Notes: a model not told the origin generated them from the sequence alone. 64,000 nt of DNA from an uncultured Actinomycetota bacterium (GCA_963757635.1 CAVWSK010000006.1:263613-327612), one strand, 5' to 3'; counted from the stretch's first letter, positions 1-10,577 are shown. Numbers and translations are program-made.

Positions 1-1
1 C

Positions 2-163
2 CTCGTGGAGCGCCGCGGCGAGGACGTGTATGCCGTGGTGCGGGCCTACTCCGTGCCTGCCACCCGGCTGGCCAGGCTGGGCGGACCCGTGACCTGGCGG
101 CTGCAGCACCTCGCGGCCCTCGGCTACCTGCGCGCCATCGCCCTGGCCGCGCGCCGGCCCTGA
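2..163 (+). CDS. 3' end of a probable DUF1990-family protein (partial, runs off the window)
   Basis: Open frame LVERRGEDVYAVVRAYSVPATRLARLGGPVTWRLQHLAALGYLRAIALAARRP* ending at TGA 161-163; resembles the DUF1990 C-terminus. Confidence 0.55.
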   Translation, partial: LVERRGEDVYAVVRAYSVPATRLARLGGPVTWRLQHLAALGYLRAIALAARRP

Positions 164-212
164 CCCCAACCGCCCCGCGCCCCGCCCCGCGACCGCCCCG
201 CGACCGCCCCGG

Positions 213-278
213 CAAAGCGGCGGTTGCGTGCCGATACGGCAGGCATAACCCCGGTGTCGGGACGCAACCCCCGCTTTG
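213..278. repeat. Long imperfect inverted repeat (hairpin) between convergent genes
   Basis: CAAAGCGG/CCGCTTTG, GGTTGCGT/ACGCAACC and CCGATAC/GTGTCGG arms pair symmetrically about an approximately 13-nt centre. Confidence 0.8.
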
Positions 279-313
279 GTGGGGTCGGTGGGGCGCCGAC
301 GGCGATGGTCCGG

Positions 314-1198
314 TCAGTCGAACACGATGGTGCGGCGGCCGCGCAGCACCACGCGGTGCTCGGCGTGCCAGCGGACGGCCCGGGCCAGCGCCATCGCCTC
401 GAGCTCCTGGCCCGCACCGGCCAGCTCGGCCGGGCTCATCCGGTGGTCGACCCGCCGGAAGTCCTGCTCGATGATCGGTCCCTCGTCGAGGTCGGCCGTG
501 ACGTAGTGCGCGGTCGCGCCGATGACCTTGACGCCGCGGTCGTGGGCCTGGGTGTAGGGCCTGGCGCCCTTGAAGCTCGGCAGCAACGAGTGGTGGATGT
601 TGATGATCCGACCCGGGAAGTCGGCGCAGAGGTCGGCCGACAGGATCTGCATGTAGCGCGCCAGGACGATGGTGTCGGCATCGTGCTCGGCCACCAGGCG
701 GCGAAGCTGCGCCTCGGCCTGCGCCTTGCCCTCGCGGGTCACCGGCACGTGGTGGAAGGGGACGCCGTGCCACTCGGCCAGGCCGGCGAAGTCCTCGTGG
801 TTGGACACGATCGCCGGCACCTCGATGGGCAGCGACCCGCTCTCGACGCGGAACAGCAGGTCGTTGAGGCAGTGGCCCTGCTGGCTCACCATGACCAGGA
901 CGCGGCGACGCACGGACAGGTCGTGGGCGGCATACGTCATGGCGAAGGCGGACACGGTCGGGGCCATCGCCGTCTCCAGCTCGGCCACCGACAGCGGCGC
1001 CCCCTCGCGCACCAGGTGCATCCGCAGGTGGAACTCGCCCGACGTGGCGTCGGCGAACTGCTGGCTGTCCAGGATGGTCATGGACAGCTCGAGCATCACC
1101 CCGGAGACGGCGTGCACGATGCCACGGCGGTCGGGGCACGAGACGGTGAGGACGAACTCGCGCCCGGGCTCGGGCGACGGCTGCGGGGAGGACTGCAC
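314..1198 (-). CDS. purU: Formyltetrahydrofolate deformylase
   Basis: N-terminal ACT domain (CPDRRGIVH), HCLNDLL, LARYMQIL, INIHHSLLPSFKGARPY, GATAHYVT-DLDEGPII. Confidence 0.97.
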   Translation of the reverse strand: MQSSPQPSPEPGREFVLTVSCPDRRGIVHAVSGVMLELSMTILDSQQFADATSGEFHLRMHLVREGAPLSVAELETAMAPTVSAFAMTYAAHDLSVRRRVLVMVSQQGHCLNDLLFRVESGSLPIEVPAIVSNHEDFAGLAEWHGVPFHHVPVTREGKAQAEAQLRRLVAEHDADTIVLARYMQILSADLCADFPGRIINIHHSLLPSFKGARPYTQAHDRGVKVIGATAHYVTADLDEGPIIEQDFRRVDHRMSPAELAGAGQELEAMALARAVRWHAEHRVVLRGRRTIVFD

Positions 1199-1207
1199 CC
1201 CCGAAGC

Positions 1208-2386
1208 CTACGGGCGGGTCAGCAGCACGATGCCCAGGCACATCTCGTCGGTCGTGCCCTCGCCCCACACCACGTAGCGCTCGGGGATACCGGCGAACGA
1301 CGGAAGCTGGTCGCGCAGGGTCTGGTCGTGGGTGCAGGTGACCGTCAGGGTGTCGCCGCGACCGACCTTCACGGCCGGCTTCACCGCATGGCTGCCCTGG
1401 TCGTCGAAGTCCCAGACCGGGATGTCCAGGACCGTGCGCTCGTCGGCCTTGCCCTGGTTCACCGTGACCGCGATGGTGCGTCCGAGCAGGTGCATGTGAC
1501 CCGCTACCGCCCGGATGGTGCCGGCCTGGGTGACCGGCCTGGTGCAGGACTGGGTCGCGGTGGCCCTGATCGGCCCGCACAGCAGGTGCAGCGCGTTGGC
1601 CGTCGCCCCCGCCCGGGCGCCGAACCTGGCCTGCACGTCCTGCACCGCCGCCGCCCGGTCGCACAGCGGGCCCGGCTTGTTGGCCCGGCAGGGCAGCTCG
1701 ACCGGAGCCGGGAGGAGCATCGTGTCGAGCGTCTTGCGGGTGCCGTCGTCGGCGGCCACCCGCAGCTTGGCCGCGCTCTGGTCAGGGCCGTTGCCGGCGA
1801 GCAGGTTGTAGTGGACCTGCATGATGATCTGCGACCCGGGTGCCAGCGGCAGGCCCAGGTCGGCGGCCTGCACCCGCTCGCCGCCACCGGGGGCCCAGCC
1901 ACCGAGCCACGGCGCATCGTCGAGCGTGCCGCCCTGGCTGTCGACGCCGGTGCCGCCGAAGCAGGTCCAGCCCTCCCCGGTCTTGAGCCGGTCCTGCTCC
2001 TGCGCCCGGGCGACCTTGTCCGGTGGCACGCGGAACAGGATCACGTGGTGCACGACCTCGGGGTTGCCCGGCAGCACGTTGATCCCCGTGACGACCGACT
2101 TGGTGGTGATCTTCGGGTCCAGGAGGAAGCAGCGGTAGTCGTCGGTCCCCGGCTCCGCCGGTGCCTTGGGGACGTATGCCGTGGGCAGCCTGAGCGTGAC
2201 GAAGCGCTCGCCCGCCCGCAGCGGCGCCTCGGGGGCCGTCGTCGTGGGGTGCTGGTGCGTCGCCGGGCTCGTCGTCGTGGTGCTGGTGGAGGGCGCGGCC
2301 GCGGGTGGCTGGCCCGTGGAGGCGCAGCCCACCAGGAGCAGCAGGACGGCCGTGGCAGCGGCCACGGGGGCCAGGCGCGGGGTCAC
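1208..2386 (-). CDS. Lipoprotein of the copper type II ascorbate-dependent monooxygenase (PHM/DBH-like) family
   Basis: Lipobox LLVG-C; copper ligand motifs VHHVILF, QVHY, GHMHLLG and DEMC; TAGACT -10 lies 6 nt before the GTG. Confidence 0.8.
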   Translation of the reverse strand: MTPRLAPVAAATAVLLLLVGCASTGQPPAAAPSTSTTTTSPATHQHPTTTAPEAPLRAGERFVTLRLPTAYVPKAPAEPGTDDYRCFLLDPKITTKSVVTGINVLPGNPEVVHHVILFRVPPDKVARAQEQDRLKTGEGWTCFGGTGVDSQGGTLDDAPWLGGWAPGGGERVQAADLGLPLAPGSQIIMQVHYNLLAGNGPDQSAAKLRVAADDGTRKTLDTMLLPAPVELPCRANKPGPLCDRAAAVQDVQARFGARAGATANALHLLCGPIRATATQSCTRPVTQAGTIRAVAGHMHLLGRTIAVTVNQGKADERTVLDIPVWDFDDQGSHAVKPAVKVGRGDTLTVTCTHDQTLRDQLPSFAGIPERYVVWGEGTTDEMCLGIVLLTRP

Positions 2387-2405
2387 GGCCCGAGTCTAGG
2401 TCGGC

Positions 2406-3611
2406 TCAGGCGGTCGAGGCGGCGAGTTGGCCGCAGGCACCGTCGATGTCCTGTCCGCGGGTGTCGCGGATCGTCGTGGGGATTCCGTGGGCCCGCAGCC
2501 GCTCGACGAACTGCTGCTCGACGCCCGGGCGGGAGGCGGTCCACTTCGACCCCGGGGTGGGGTTGAGCGGGATGGGGTTGACGTGCACCCACCCGCGGCC
2601 TCGGGCGTTGAGCTTCTTGCCCAGCAGGTCCGCACGCCAGGCATGGTCGTTGATGTCCTTGATGAGCGCGTACTCGATGCTCACACGACGCCCGGTGGCC
2701 TCGTAGTAGCGGTGGGCCGCGTCGAGGGACTCATCGACGCTCCACCGGGTGTTGATGGGGACCAGCTCGTTGCGCAGCTCGTCGTCGGGCGCGTGCAGCG
2801 ACAGGGCCAGCGTGACCGGGATGCCCTCGGCGGCCAGCTTGTCCATCGCCGGGACGAGACCCACGGTCGACATGGTGATCCCCCGGGCCGACATGCCCAG
2901 ACCGTCGGGTGCCGGGTCGGTCATCCGCCGGATCGCCCCGACCGCCGCCTTGTAGTTGGCCAGCGCCTCACCCATGCCCATGAAGACGACGTTCGAGATG
3001 CGCGTGGGGCCGGTGACCTCGGGGGCACCGTCCTCCTCACCGAGCTCGGCTCCGTCGCTCGCGATACCACTGGCCGCGAGCTCGCCGCGGCGCAGCATGC
3101 GGGCCGCCTGGACGACCTGCTCGACGATCTCGCCCGCGGACATGTTGCGGGTCAGGCCGGCCTGGCCGGTGGCGCAGAACGGGCAGTTCATGCCGCAGCC
3201 CGCCTGGCTGGAGATGCAGATGGTCACCCGGCGGGGGTAGCGCATGAGGACGGACTCGACGATGGCGCCGTCGTGGAGCTTCCAGGCGGACTTGATCGTC
3301 ATGCCGTCGTCCGCCGTGCGCTGCACGTGGGGGGTGAGCAGCGTGGGCAGCAGGTCGCGGACCAGGTCGTCCCGGACCCCCATCGGCAGGTCGGTCATGT
3401 CCTCGGGAGACTCGACCAGCCGCTCGAAGTAGTGCGTCGACAGCTGCTTCGCGCGGAATCCCTTGTGCCCCAGTGCCACCACCGCGGCCTTGCGCTCTGC
3501 CGGGTCGAGGTCGGCGAGGTGGCGCGGCGGCTTGCCGCGCCTGGGTGCGGTGAACGTCAGCGCACCGGGGACCGGTCGCTGCGTCGTGGGCTCGGGGAGG
3601 GAGGTCGTCAT
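2406..3611 (-). CDS. rlmN: 23S rRNA m2A2503 / tRNA m2A37 radical SAM methyltransferase
   Basis: [15 protein letters not shown]3CX2C motif, [18 protein letters not shown]. Confidence 0.96.
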   Translation of the reverse strand: MTTSLPEPTTQRPVPGALTFTAPRRGKPPRHLADLDPAERKAAVVALGHKGFRAKQLSTHYFERLVESPEDMTDLPMGVRDDLVRDLLPTLLTPHVQRTADDGMTIKSAWKLHDGAIVESVLMRYPRRVTICISSQAGCGMNCPFCATGQAGLTRNMSAGEIVEQVVQAARMLRRGELAASGIASDGAELGEEDGAPEVTGPTRISNVVFMGMGEALANYKAAVGAIRRMTDPAPDGLGMSARGITMSTVGLVPAMDKLAAEGIPVTLALSLHAPDDELRNELVPINTRWSVDESLDAAHRYYEATGRRVSIEYALIKDINDHAWRADLLGKKLNARGRGWVHVNPIPLNPTPGSKWTASRPGVEQQFVERLRAHGIPTTIRDTRGQDIDGACGQLAASTA

Positions 3612-3690
3612 GGCTGCTCCAGTTTCGCAGCCCCGGTGCCCCCCTGCCCAATCGTGGGTCGTTCGGAGCTGCGCCGGTGCCCTGCGAGGG

Positions 3691-4608
3691 TCAGCTCGCG
3701 GGGACGACCGCGGCCAGGATCGCCCACGCCACCGGAGCCACGAGCACCAGCGAGTCCAGCCGGTCCATGACCCCGCCGTGGCCGGGAAGCACGTTGCTCA
3801 TGTCCTTGATGCCGAGGTCCCGCTTGACGGTGGACTCGGTGAGGTCGCCGACCGTGGCGGCCACCGCCGCCGCCGCACCCAGGAGCGCTCCGCCCCACCA
3901 CGGTCCGCCCAGCAGCAGCACGACGGCCACCGCTCCACCGACCACGCAGGTCAGCACGGAGCCGGCGAAACCCTCCCAGGACTTCTTCGGGCTCACCGAG
4001 GGGGCGAGCGGGTGACGGCCCAGGGCCACCCCGAACGCGTAGCCGCCCACGTCGCTGAGGACGGTGACGAGGATGAAGACGACGACGCGGCGGGCACCGT
4101 CGTCCTCCGAGGCCAGCATGAGGGCGGCGAACCCGGCCAGGAACGAGGGGTAGACGGCGACGAAGAAGCCGCCGGCGATGTCACGCACGGCGTCCAGCAC
4201 CCCGTCGGCGATGCGCCAGAGCAGCACCCCGACGCAGGTCAGGCCCATGGTGACGATGAGCGCCTCGCCACCGCCGACGTAGGCCGACAGGATCATGCTG
4301 ACGCTGCCGACCAGGCTCGGCACGAGCGGCACGGCGATGCGCACCTGGGACAGCGCGCGCCGCAGCTCCCAGACCCCGACCCCGACGGCCACGACGACGA
4401 TGACGAGCATCAGCTCCTTGCGCAGCACGAGGGAACCGATGATGAGCACGCCGAGGCCCACCCCTACCGCGATGGCGGCGGGGAGGTTGCGCCCGGCCCG
4501 GGACGGCTTGCGAGCCGTCGACCGGGCCGATGGGTCACCGGGGCCGGGCGCAGGACGGGCGTCTCTGCGCGCGCTGCGGGACTGCGACGGGGTCATGGGT
4601 GCGAGCAC
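3691..4608 (-). CDS. cdsA: Phosphatidate cytidylyltransferase (alternative start at 4596)
   Basis: [43 protein letters not shown]; follows frr. Confidence 0.95.
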   Translation of the reverse strand: MLAPMTPSQSRSARRDARPAPGPGDPSARSTARKPSRAGRNLPAAIAVGVGLGVLIIGSLVLRKELMLVIVVVAVGVGVWELRRALSQVRIAVPLVPSLVGSVSMILSAYVGGGEALIVTMGLTCVGVLLWRIADGVLDAVRDIAGGFFVAVYPSFLAGFAALMLASEDDGARRVVVFILVTVLSDVGGYAFGVALGRHPLAPSVSPKKSWEGFAGSVLTCVVGGAVAVVLLLGGPWWGGALLGAAAAVAATVGDLTESTVKRDLGIKDMSNVLPGHGGVMDRLDSLVLVAPVAWAILAAVVPAS

Positions 4609-4623
4609 GGTGAGGCCGATGGC

Positions 4624-5181
4624 TCAGACCTCGAGGAGCTCGGCCTCCTTGCCCTTGAGCAGCTCGTCCACCGAGTCGACGTACTTCTTGGTCGTCGCGT
4701 CGAGCTCCTTCTCACCGCGGGACCCGTCGTCCTCGCCGACCTCGCCGTCCTTGACCAGCTTGTCGATCTCGTCCTTGGCCTTGCGGCGGATGTTGCGGAT
4801 GGACACCTTCGCGTCCTCACCCTTGTGCCTGGCCAGCTTGATGTAGTCCCTGCGCCGCTCCTCGGTGAGCTGCGGCAGGACGCACCGGATGATGTTGCCG
4901 TCGTTGCTCGGGTTGACCCCGAGGTCCGACTCGCGCAGCGTCTTCTCGATCTCGGACATGGCCGACTTGTCGAACGGGCTGATCAGGATGGTCCGGGCCT
5001 CAGGCGTCTGGAAGGACGCGAGCTGCTGCAGCGGGGTGGGCGCACCGTAGTAGTTGACCGTGAGCTTGTTGAACATGCCCGGTGTGGCGCGCCCGGTGCG
5101 GATGCCCGCGAAGTCCTCCTTGGCGACCTCGACGGCCTTCTCCATCTTCTCCTCGGCCTCGAGGAGGGTCTCTTCGATCAT
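4624..5181 (-). CDS. frr: Ribosome recycling factor
   Basis: [31 protein letters not shown]. Confidence 0.98.
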   Translation of the reverse strand: MIEETLLEAEEKMEKAVEVAKEDFAGIRTGRATPGMFNKLTVNYYGAPTPLQQLASFQTPEARTILISPFDKSAMSEIEKTLRESDLGVNPSNDGNIIRCVLPQLTEERRRDYIKLARHKGEDAKVSIRNIRRKAKDEIDKLVKDGEVGEDDGSRGEKELDATTKKYVDSVDELLKGKEAELLEV

Positions 5182-5266
5182 GTCCGGCTCCTTCTCGGGC
5201 GCTCCCCTGCAGGGTGGGCGCCGGTCGTCGTGTGGTCATTCTGGTGGACGAGGCGGCTGGGCGGCC

Positions 5267-6019
5267 TCACCCCGGGGTGACCAGCGTTCCGATCTTCTCA
5301 CCGCGCAGCGCCCTGACGACATTGCCCTCGCCCTCCATGCCGAAGACGACCATGGGCAGCTTGTTGTCCATGCAGAGGCTGAACGCCGCGGTGTCGACGA
5401 CCCGCAGACCCTTCTGCAGGGCCTCCTGGTAGGTGATCTCGTCGTACTTCGTGGCGTCCGGGTTGCCGCGCGGGTCCGCGTCATAGACGCCGTCGACGCC
5501 GTTCTTGCTCATCAGCACGGCGTCGCACTTGATCTCCAGGGCCCGCTGGGCCGACACCGTGTCGGTGGAGAAGAACGGCATACCCGCCCCGGCGCCGAAG
5601 ATGACCACGCGGCCCTTCTCGAGGTGCCGGATGGCCCGCCTGGGGATGTACGGCTCGGCGACCTGGCCCATGGTGATGGCGGTCTGCACCCGGGTCTCGA
5701 TGCCCTCCTTCTCCAGGAAGTCCTGGAGGGCGAGGCAGTTCATCACGGTGCCGAGCATGCCCATGTAGTCGGCTCGGGTGCGGTCCATACCCTGCTGCTG
5801 CAGCTCCGCTCCCCGGAAGAAGTTGCCACCGCCGATGACGACGGCGACCTCGATGCCCTCGTTGACGGACTGGGCGATCTGGCGGGCGACACCACGGACC
5901 ACGTCGGGGGCCAGCCCCACCTTGCCTCCGCCGAAGACCTCTCCGGAGAGCTTGAGCAACACCCGGCGGCGGGGGGTGGACGATGCTGCGGGGGCGGTCT
6001 GCTCGGGGGCAGAAGTCAC
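5267..6019 (-). CDS. pyrH: UMP kinase
   Basis: [30 protein letters not shown]; AGGAGG RBS upstream of GTG 6019. Confidence 0.97.
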   Translation of the reverse strand: MTSAPEQTAPAASSTPRRRVLLKLSGEVFGGGKVGLAPDVVRGVARQIAQSVNEGIEVAVVIGGGNFFRGAELQQQGMDRTRADYMGMLGTVMNCLALQDFLEKEGIETRVQTAITMGQVAEPYIPRRAIRHLEKGRVVIFGAGAGMPFFSTDTVSAQRALEIKCDAVLMSKNGVDGVYDADPRGNPDATKYDEITYQEALQKGLRVVDTAAFSLCMDNKLPMVVFGMEGEGNVVRALRGEKIGTLVTPG

Positions 6020-6171
6020 GACAGATCCTCCTGGGATGTGCGGGCGGTCACCGAATACTTCCACACTCGCGCGCGGGCCACGGCCCCGGTGGCGGAGTCG
6101 CGCGGAGTCGGTGGCGGCACCGCCGCCGGGTCGTGGCAGGGTTGGCCCATCCCCGAGCGAAGGAGACGCAC

Positions 6172-8134
6172 ATGAGGTCCGGCATCCTCCCCGGTCACCG
6201 CGACGAGTCCGTCCGCCCCCAGGACGACCTCTTCGGCCACGCCAACGGCACCTGGGTCCGAGAGACCGAGATCCCGAGCGACCGGGGTCGCTACGGCACC
6301 TTCGACATGCTGCGCGAGCAGTCCGACGAGCGGGTCCGGGAGCTCGTCGACGCGGCGGCGGCCGACGTCGACGCCGCCCCGGGCTCCCCCACGCGCAAGG
6401 TGGGCGACCTCTACCGCTCCTTCATGGACGCCGTGACGGTGGAGTCGCTCGGGCGCACCCCGGTCGACGCAGACCTGGAGGCAGTGGCCGCCGTGACCGA
6501 CCCGGAGGGGCTGTTCCGGACCATGGGCCGGCTGCAGCGCCAGGGCGTGCCCGCGCTGGTCGGCATGGGCGTCGCCCCGGATGCCAAGTCCCCCGAGGAG
6601 TACGTCCTCTACCTCGGCCAGTCCGGACTCGGCCTGCCCGACGAGTCCTACTACCGCGAGGAGCGCCACGCGGCGATCCGCACGGCATACCTGCCGCACG
6701 TCGCGCGGATGCTCGCCCTGGCCGGTGTCGGGGACGGCGGCACCGAGGAGGGCTCCCCGGCGGCCCGCGTGGTGGCCCTCGAGACCCGACTGGCCAGCCA
6801 CCACTGGGACAACGTCGCGACCCGGGACGCGGTGCGCAGCTACAACCCGTTCACCTGGGCCGAGCTGCACGAGCTGGCCCCGGATGTGCCGTGGGAGGCC
6901 TACGTCGAGGGGCTCGGTGCCCGCGCGGCGTTCGACCGGGTCGTCGTCGGCCAGCCCGACTACCTCACCGGGCTCTCGGCCGCACTCGCCGACGTCGCCA
7001 TCGAGGACTGGACGGCGTGGCTGGCCTTCCACCTGATCTCCTCGGCGGCTCCCCTGCTCAGCAGCGAGTTCGTCGACGCCGAGTTCGACTTCACCGGCCG
7101 GGTCGTCAGCGGCCTCCCGGAGAACCGTGAGCGCTGGAAGCGCGGGGTGTCACTGGTCGAGGGCGCCATCGGCGAGGCCGTGGGACAGCTGTATGCCGAG
7201 AAGTACTTCCCGCCGCAGGCCAAGGAGCGCATGCTCGAGCTGGTCGCCAACCTCGTCGAGGCGTTCCGCCGCTCGTTCCAGGCCCTGGACTGGATGGGCC
7301 CGGAGACCAGGGCCCAGGCCCTGGCCAAGCTCGAGTCGTTCACGCCGAAGATCGGGTACCCCGACCGCTGGCGCGACTACTCCACGCTGACGATCGACGA
7401 CGACGTCGTGGGCAACGTGCGGCGGGCCAACGAGTTCGAGTTCGCCCGCGACCTCGGCAAGCTCGGCGGCCCCATCGACCACGACGAGTGGATGATGCTC
7501 CCCCAGACGGTCAACGCCTACTACCACCCGCTGCTCAACGAGATCGTCTTCCCGGCGGGGATCCTCCAGCCGCCGTTCTTCGACCCGGAGGCCGACGACG
7601 CCGTGAACTACGGCGGGATCGGTGCCGTCATCGGCCACGAGGTGGGCCACGGGTTCGACGACCAGGGGTCGAGGTTCGACGCCGAGGGCGCCCTGCGCGA
7701 CTGGTGGACCGAGGCGGACCGGGCCCGGTTCGACGAGCGCACCCAGGCCCTCATCGCCCAGTTCAGCGAGCTCTCGCCGATCGCGGCGCCGGAGGAGAAG
7801 GTCAACGGCGCCCTGACGGTCGGGGAGAACATCGGCGACCTCGGGGGCCTGGCCATCGGCTACTCGGCCTACACGGATCGCCAGCGAGGGCCAGGAGGTG
7901 CCGGTGCTGGAGGGGCTGACCGGGCCCCAGCGGTTCTTCCTCGGGTGGGCGCAGGTCTGGTCGGGCAAGGCCCGCACGGAGGAGGCCAAGCGGCTGCTGG
8001 CGATCGACCCGCACTCCCCCATGGAGGTCCGGGCCAACGCGGTGCGCAACTGCGACGAGTTCCACGAGGCCTTCGGGGTCGCCGAGGGCGACGGCATGTG
8101 GCTGGCGCCGCAGGACCGCGTCCACATCTTCTGA
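6172..8134 (+). pseudogene. M13-family zinc metallo-endopeptidase (PepO/Zmp1-like) with a +1 frameshift near 7876
   Basis: [21 protein letters not shown] (HExxH), GENIGD; the frame breaks after YSAYT and the conserved C-terminus (FFLGWAQVW...DPHSP...RANA) continues in another frame; AAGGAG RBS before ATG 6172. Confidence 0.85.
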
Positions 8135-8233
8135 GAGGCAGTCCATGTCCGAGGACGCCGCGGGTGGCGAGGACCAGGGGCCCGTCACGGTCGTGCAGCC
8201 GCTCCAGCCGTGGCTGGGCCGCGTCGCAGGGGC

Positions 8234-8422
8234 TCAGAAGCCGCCTGCGTAGCGGAGCATGAACTCGGTCTCGGTGTCGCGCCCGCCGCGAGGGTCCGGA
8301 GCCGGGTCGACGTCCTGGGTCGTCGTCATGTCCTGCGGCTCGATCCGCTCGGGCAGTCGTGAGAAGTCCGGCAGCGCGGGCCGCGCGGGTGGGGGTCGGT
8401 GGTGGACCTTGGGCCTTGCCAT
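8234..8422 (-). CDS. Small hypothetical protein (62 aa)
   Basis: MARPKVHH...PDPRGGRDTETEFMLRYAGGF; CATACT -10 lies 6 nt upstream of the ATG, just downstream of the tsf terminator. Confidence 0.6.
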   Translation of the reverse strand: MARPKVHHRPPPARPALPDFSRLPERIEPQDMTTTQDVDPAPDPRGGRDTETEFMLRYAGGF

Positions 8423-8448
8423 CACCCCAGTATGCCGTGTGGACAGCA

Positions 8449-8480
8449 ACGAGGCCCGCCCCCAAGGGGACGGGCCTCGT
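8449..8480 (-). terminator. Intrinsic terminator hairpin after tsf
   Basis: ACGAGGCCCG-CCCCC-AA-GGGGA-CGGGCCTCGT inverted repeat. Confidence 0.8.
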
Positions 8481-8496
8481 GCGTGCGTGGTGTGCC

Positions 8497-9327
8497 TCAG
8501 CTGCCGATGCGGAAGCGGGAGAAGGTGGTGGCCTTCGCCCCGGCCTCCTCGAGCACCTTGGCGACGGACTTCTTGGGGTCCTTGGCGAACGGCTGGTCGA
8601 GCAGCACGTTCTCCTTGAAGTACCCGTTGACCCGGCCCTCGACGATCTTGGGAAGGGCAGCCTCGGGCTTGCCCTCCTCCTTCGCGGTGGCCTCGGCGAC
8701 GCGACGCTCGTTCTCGACCGTCTCGGCGTCGATCTCCTCGCGCGTGAGCACGGTCGGGCTGAACGCGGCGATGTGCATCGCCACGTCACGGGCCACCGTC
8801 TCGTCGCCGCCCTCGGCGCCGACGAGGACACCGATCTGGGCCGGCAGGTCGGGGCTGGTCTTGTGCAGGTAGGACACGACGACCGGGGCCTCGACGCGGG
8901 AGACGCGCTTGACCTCGATCTTCTCGCCGATGGTCGCGTTGGCGCCGTCGAGCAGGTCCTGGACGGTCTGGCCGTCGGCGAGCGTGCTCTTGAGCAGCTC
9001 GTCGGCGTCAGCCGCACCCGAGGCCACGGCCTGGGCGAGCACCTGGTCGGCCAGGGCGATGAACGGGTCGCTCTTGGCGACGAAGTCCGTCTCGCACAGG
9101 ACCTCGACCAGGGTGCCCACGCCGTCGGCCGCCTGGGCGGCGACCAGACCGTTGGACGTGGTGCGACCCTCGCGCTTGGTGACTCCCTTGAGTCCCTTGA
9201 CGCGCAGGATCTCGGTCGCCTTGCCCTGGTCGCCGTCGGCCTCGTCGAGCGCCTTCTTGACGTCGAGCATGCCGGCGCCGGTGGACTCGCGCAGGGCCTT
9301 GATGTCAGCGGCGGTGTAGTTCGCCAT
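8497..9327 (-). CDS. tsf: Elongation factor Ts
   Basis: LRESTGAGMLDVKKAL, EVLCETDFVAK, MHIAA, LLDQPF. Confidence 0.98.
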   Translation of the reverse strand: MANYTAADIKALRESTGAGMLDVKKALDEADGDQGKATEILRVKGLKGVTKREGRTTSNGLVAAQAADGVGTLVEVLCETDFVAKSDPFIALADQVLAQAVASGAADADELLKSTLADGQTVQDLLDGANATIGEKIEVKRVSRVEAPVVVSYLHKTSPDLPAQIGVLVGAEGGDETVARDVAMHIAAFSPTVLTREEIDAETVENERRVAEATAKEEGKPEAALPKIVEGRVNGYFKENVLLDQPFAKDPKKSVAKVLEEAGAKATTFSRFRIGS

Positions 9328-9365
9328 GAATGCTTCTCAGCTCTCTTTCGTGCGGGTCAGTGGGC

Positions 9366-10382
9366 TCAGGCGTTGGCGTCGGCGTCGGTCGTGGCCTCGG
9401 CGGCAACGGCCTCGTCGGCGGCAGGCGCCTGGGCAGCGGGTGCCTCGACGACCTCGGGGGCAGCCTCGGCGGCGGGCGCCTCGGTGGCCTCGGGGGCGGC
9501 CTCGGCGGGGGCTTCGGCAGCGACCTCGACGGCCGCAGCCTCGGGAGCGTCGGCCGCAGCGGTCTCGCCGGCCTCGGGGGCCACGGTGTCGGCGGCCTTG
9601 GCGGCGTCGCCACCGAGCAGCTCACGCTCCCACTCGGCGAGGGGCTCGTCACCGGCGACGACACCCTCGGCCGGCTGGCCGGACTTGCCGGCGGACCGCG
9701 AGATGAGGCCGTCGGCGACGGCGTCGGCGATCACGCGGGTCAGCAGGGTGACCGAGCGGATGGCGTCGTCGTTGCCGGGGATCTTGTAGTCGACCTCGTC
9801 GGGGTCACAGTTGGTGTCGAGGATCGCGATGACGGGCAGGCCGAGCTTGCGGGCCTCGTCAACGGCGAGGTGCTCCTTCTTGGTGTCGACGATCCACACG
9901 GCCGAGGGGATCTTGGCCATGTTGCGGATGCCACCGAGGGTCTTCTGGAGCTTGTCGCGCTCCCGCTTGAAGATCAGGAGCTCCTTCTTGGTGTAGCCCG
10001 AGCCCGCGACGTTGTCGTAGTCGAGCTCCTCGAGCTCCTTGAGGCGCGTGAGCCGCTTGGAGATCGTGTTGAAGTTGGTGAGCATGCCACCGAGCCAGCG
10101 GTGGTTGACGTAGGGCATGCCGACGCGGGTCGCCTGCTCGGCGATCGGCTCCTGCGCCTGCTTCTTGGTGCCGACGAAGAGGATGGTGCCGCCGTGGGCG
10201 ACGGTCTCGCGAACGAACTCGTAGGCGTTGTTGATGTACGTCAACGACTGCTGCAGGTCGATGATGTAGATGCCGTTGCGCTCGGTCATGATGAAGCGCT
10301 TCATCTTGGGGTTCCAGCGACGGGTCTGGTGCCCGAAGTGGACGCCGCTCTCGAGGAGCTGGCGCATGGTAACGACGGCCAT
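9366..10382 (-). CDS. rpsB: 30S ribosomal protein S2 with a long Ala/Glu/Pro-rich C-terminal tail
   Basis: [50 protein letters not shown]. Confidence 0.98.
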   Translation of the reverse strand: MAVVTMRQLLESGVHFGHQTRRWNPKMKRFIMTERNGIYIIDLQQSLTYINNAYEFVRETVAHGGTILFVGTKKQAQEPIAEQATRVGMPYVNHRWLGGMLTNFNTISKRLTRLKELEELDYDNVAGSGYTKKELLIFKRERDKLQKTLGGIRNMAKIPSAVWIVDTKKEHLAVDEARKLGLPVIAILDTNCDPDEVDYKIPGNDDAIRSVTLLTRVIADAVADGLISRSAGKSGQPAEGVVAGDEPLAEWERELLGGDAAKAADTVAPEAGETAAADAPEAAAVEVAAEAPAEAAPEATEAPAAEAAPEVVEAPAAQAPAADEAVAAEATTDADANA

Positions 10383-10571
10383 GCCGTGGTCTCCTTGTGT
10401 CGTTGTCAGTTGCGTCGGTCCCCACCGGGAGGTGGCGACCTGCCTGGCGCCTGCTACGCACCCCGCCGGCAAACAGACCGGACTGCCGTGGTGCGCCCCG
10501 GGTTCGGAGGATTCCTCGTCACCCGGCGAGAAGACGCGCGAATTCGACCAGTCGAGACCGGTCGTGTGGCC

Positions 10572-10577
10572 ATCCTA
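10572..10577 (-). promoter_or_regulatory. Probable -10 element (TAGGAT) of the rpsB-tsf promoter, giving a leader of about 180 nt
   Basis: TANNNT hexamer on the minus strand upstream of rpsB; long S2 leaders are known autoregulatory sites in other bacteria. Confidence 0.45.

Noticed and set aside
224-2566. Long plus-strand ORFs (e.g. 224-2566, 30542-33097, 35921-37927, 45397-48504, 54032-55459, 59525-61654)
   Set aside because: These are antisense shadows of well-supported minus-strand genes. Long stop-free antisense frames are expected at this GC content and show no protein motifs.
8145-8252. 35-codon ORF MSEDAAGGEDQGPVTVVQPLQPWLG... after the M13 gene
   Set aside because: Short, no recognisable motif, and overlaps the convergent small gene; insufficient support.
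7879-8262. C-terminal extension of ORF 5983-8262 (DRQRGPGGAGAGG...)
   Set aside because: Artefact of the +1 frameshift; the real M13 C-terminus is in ORF 7898-8134.
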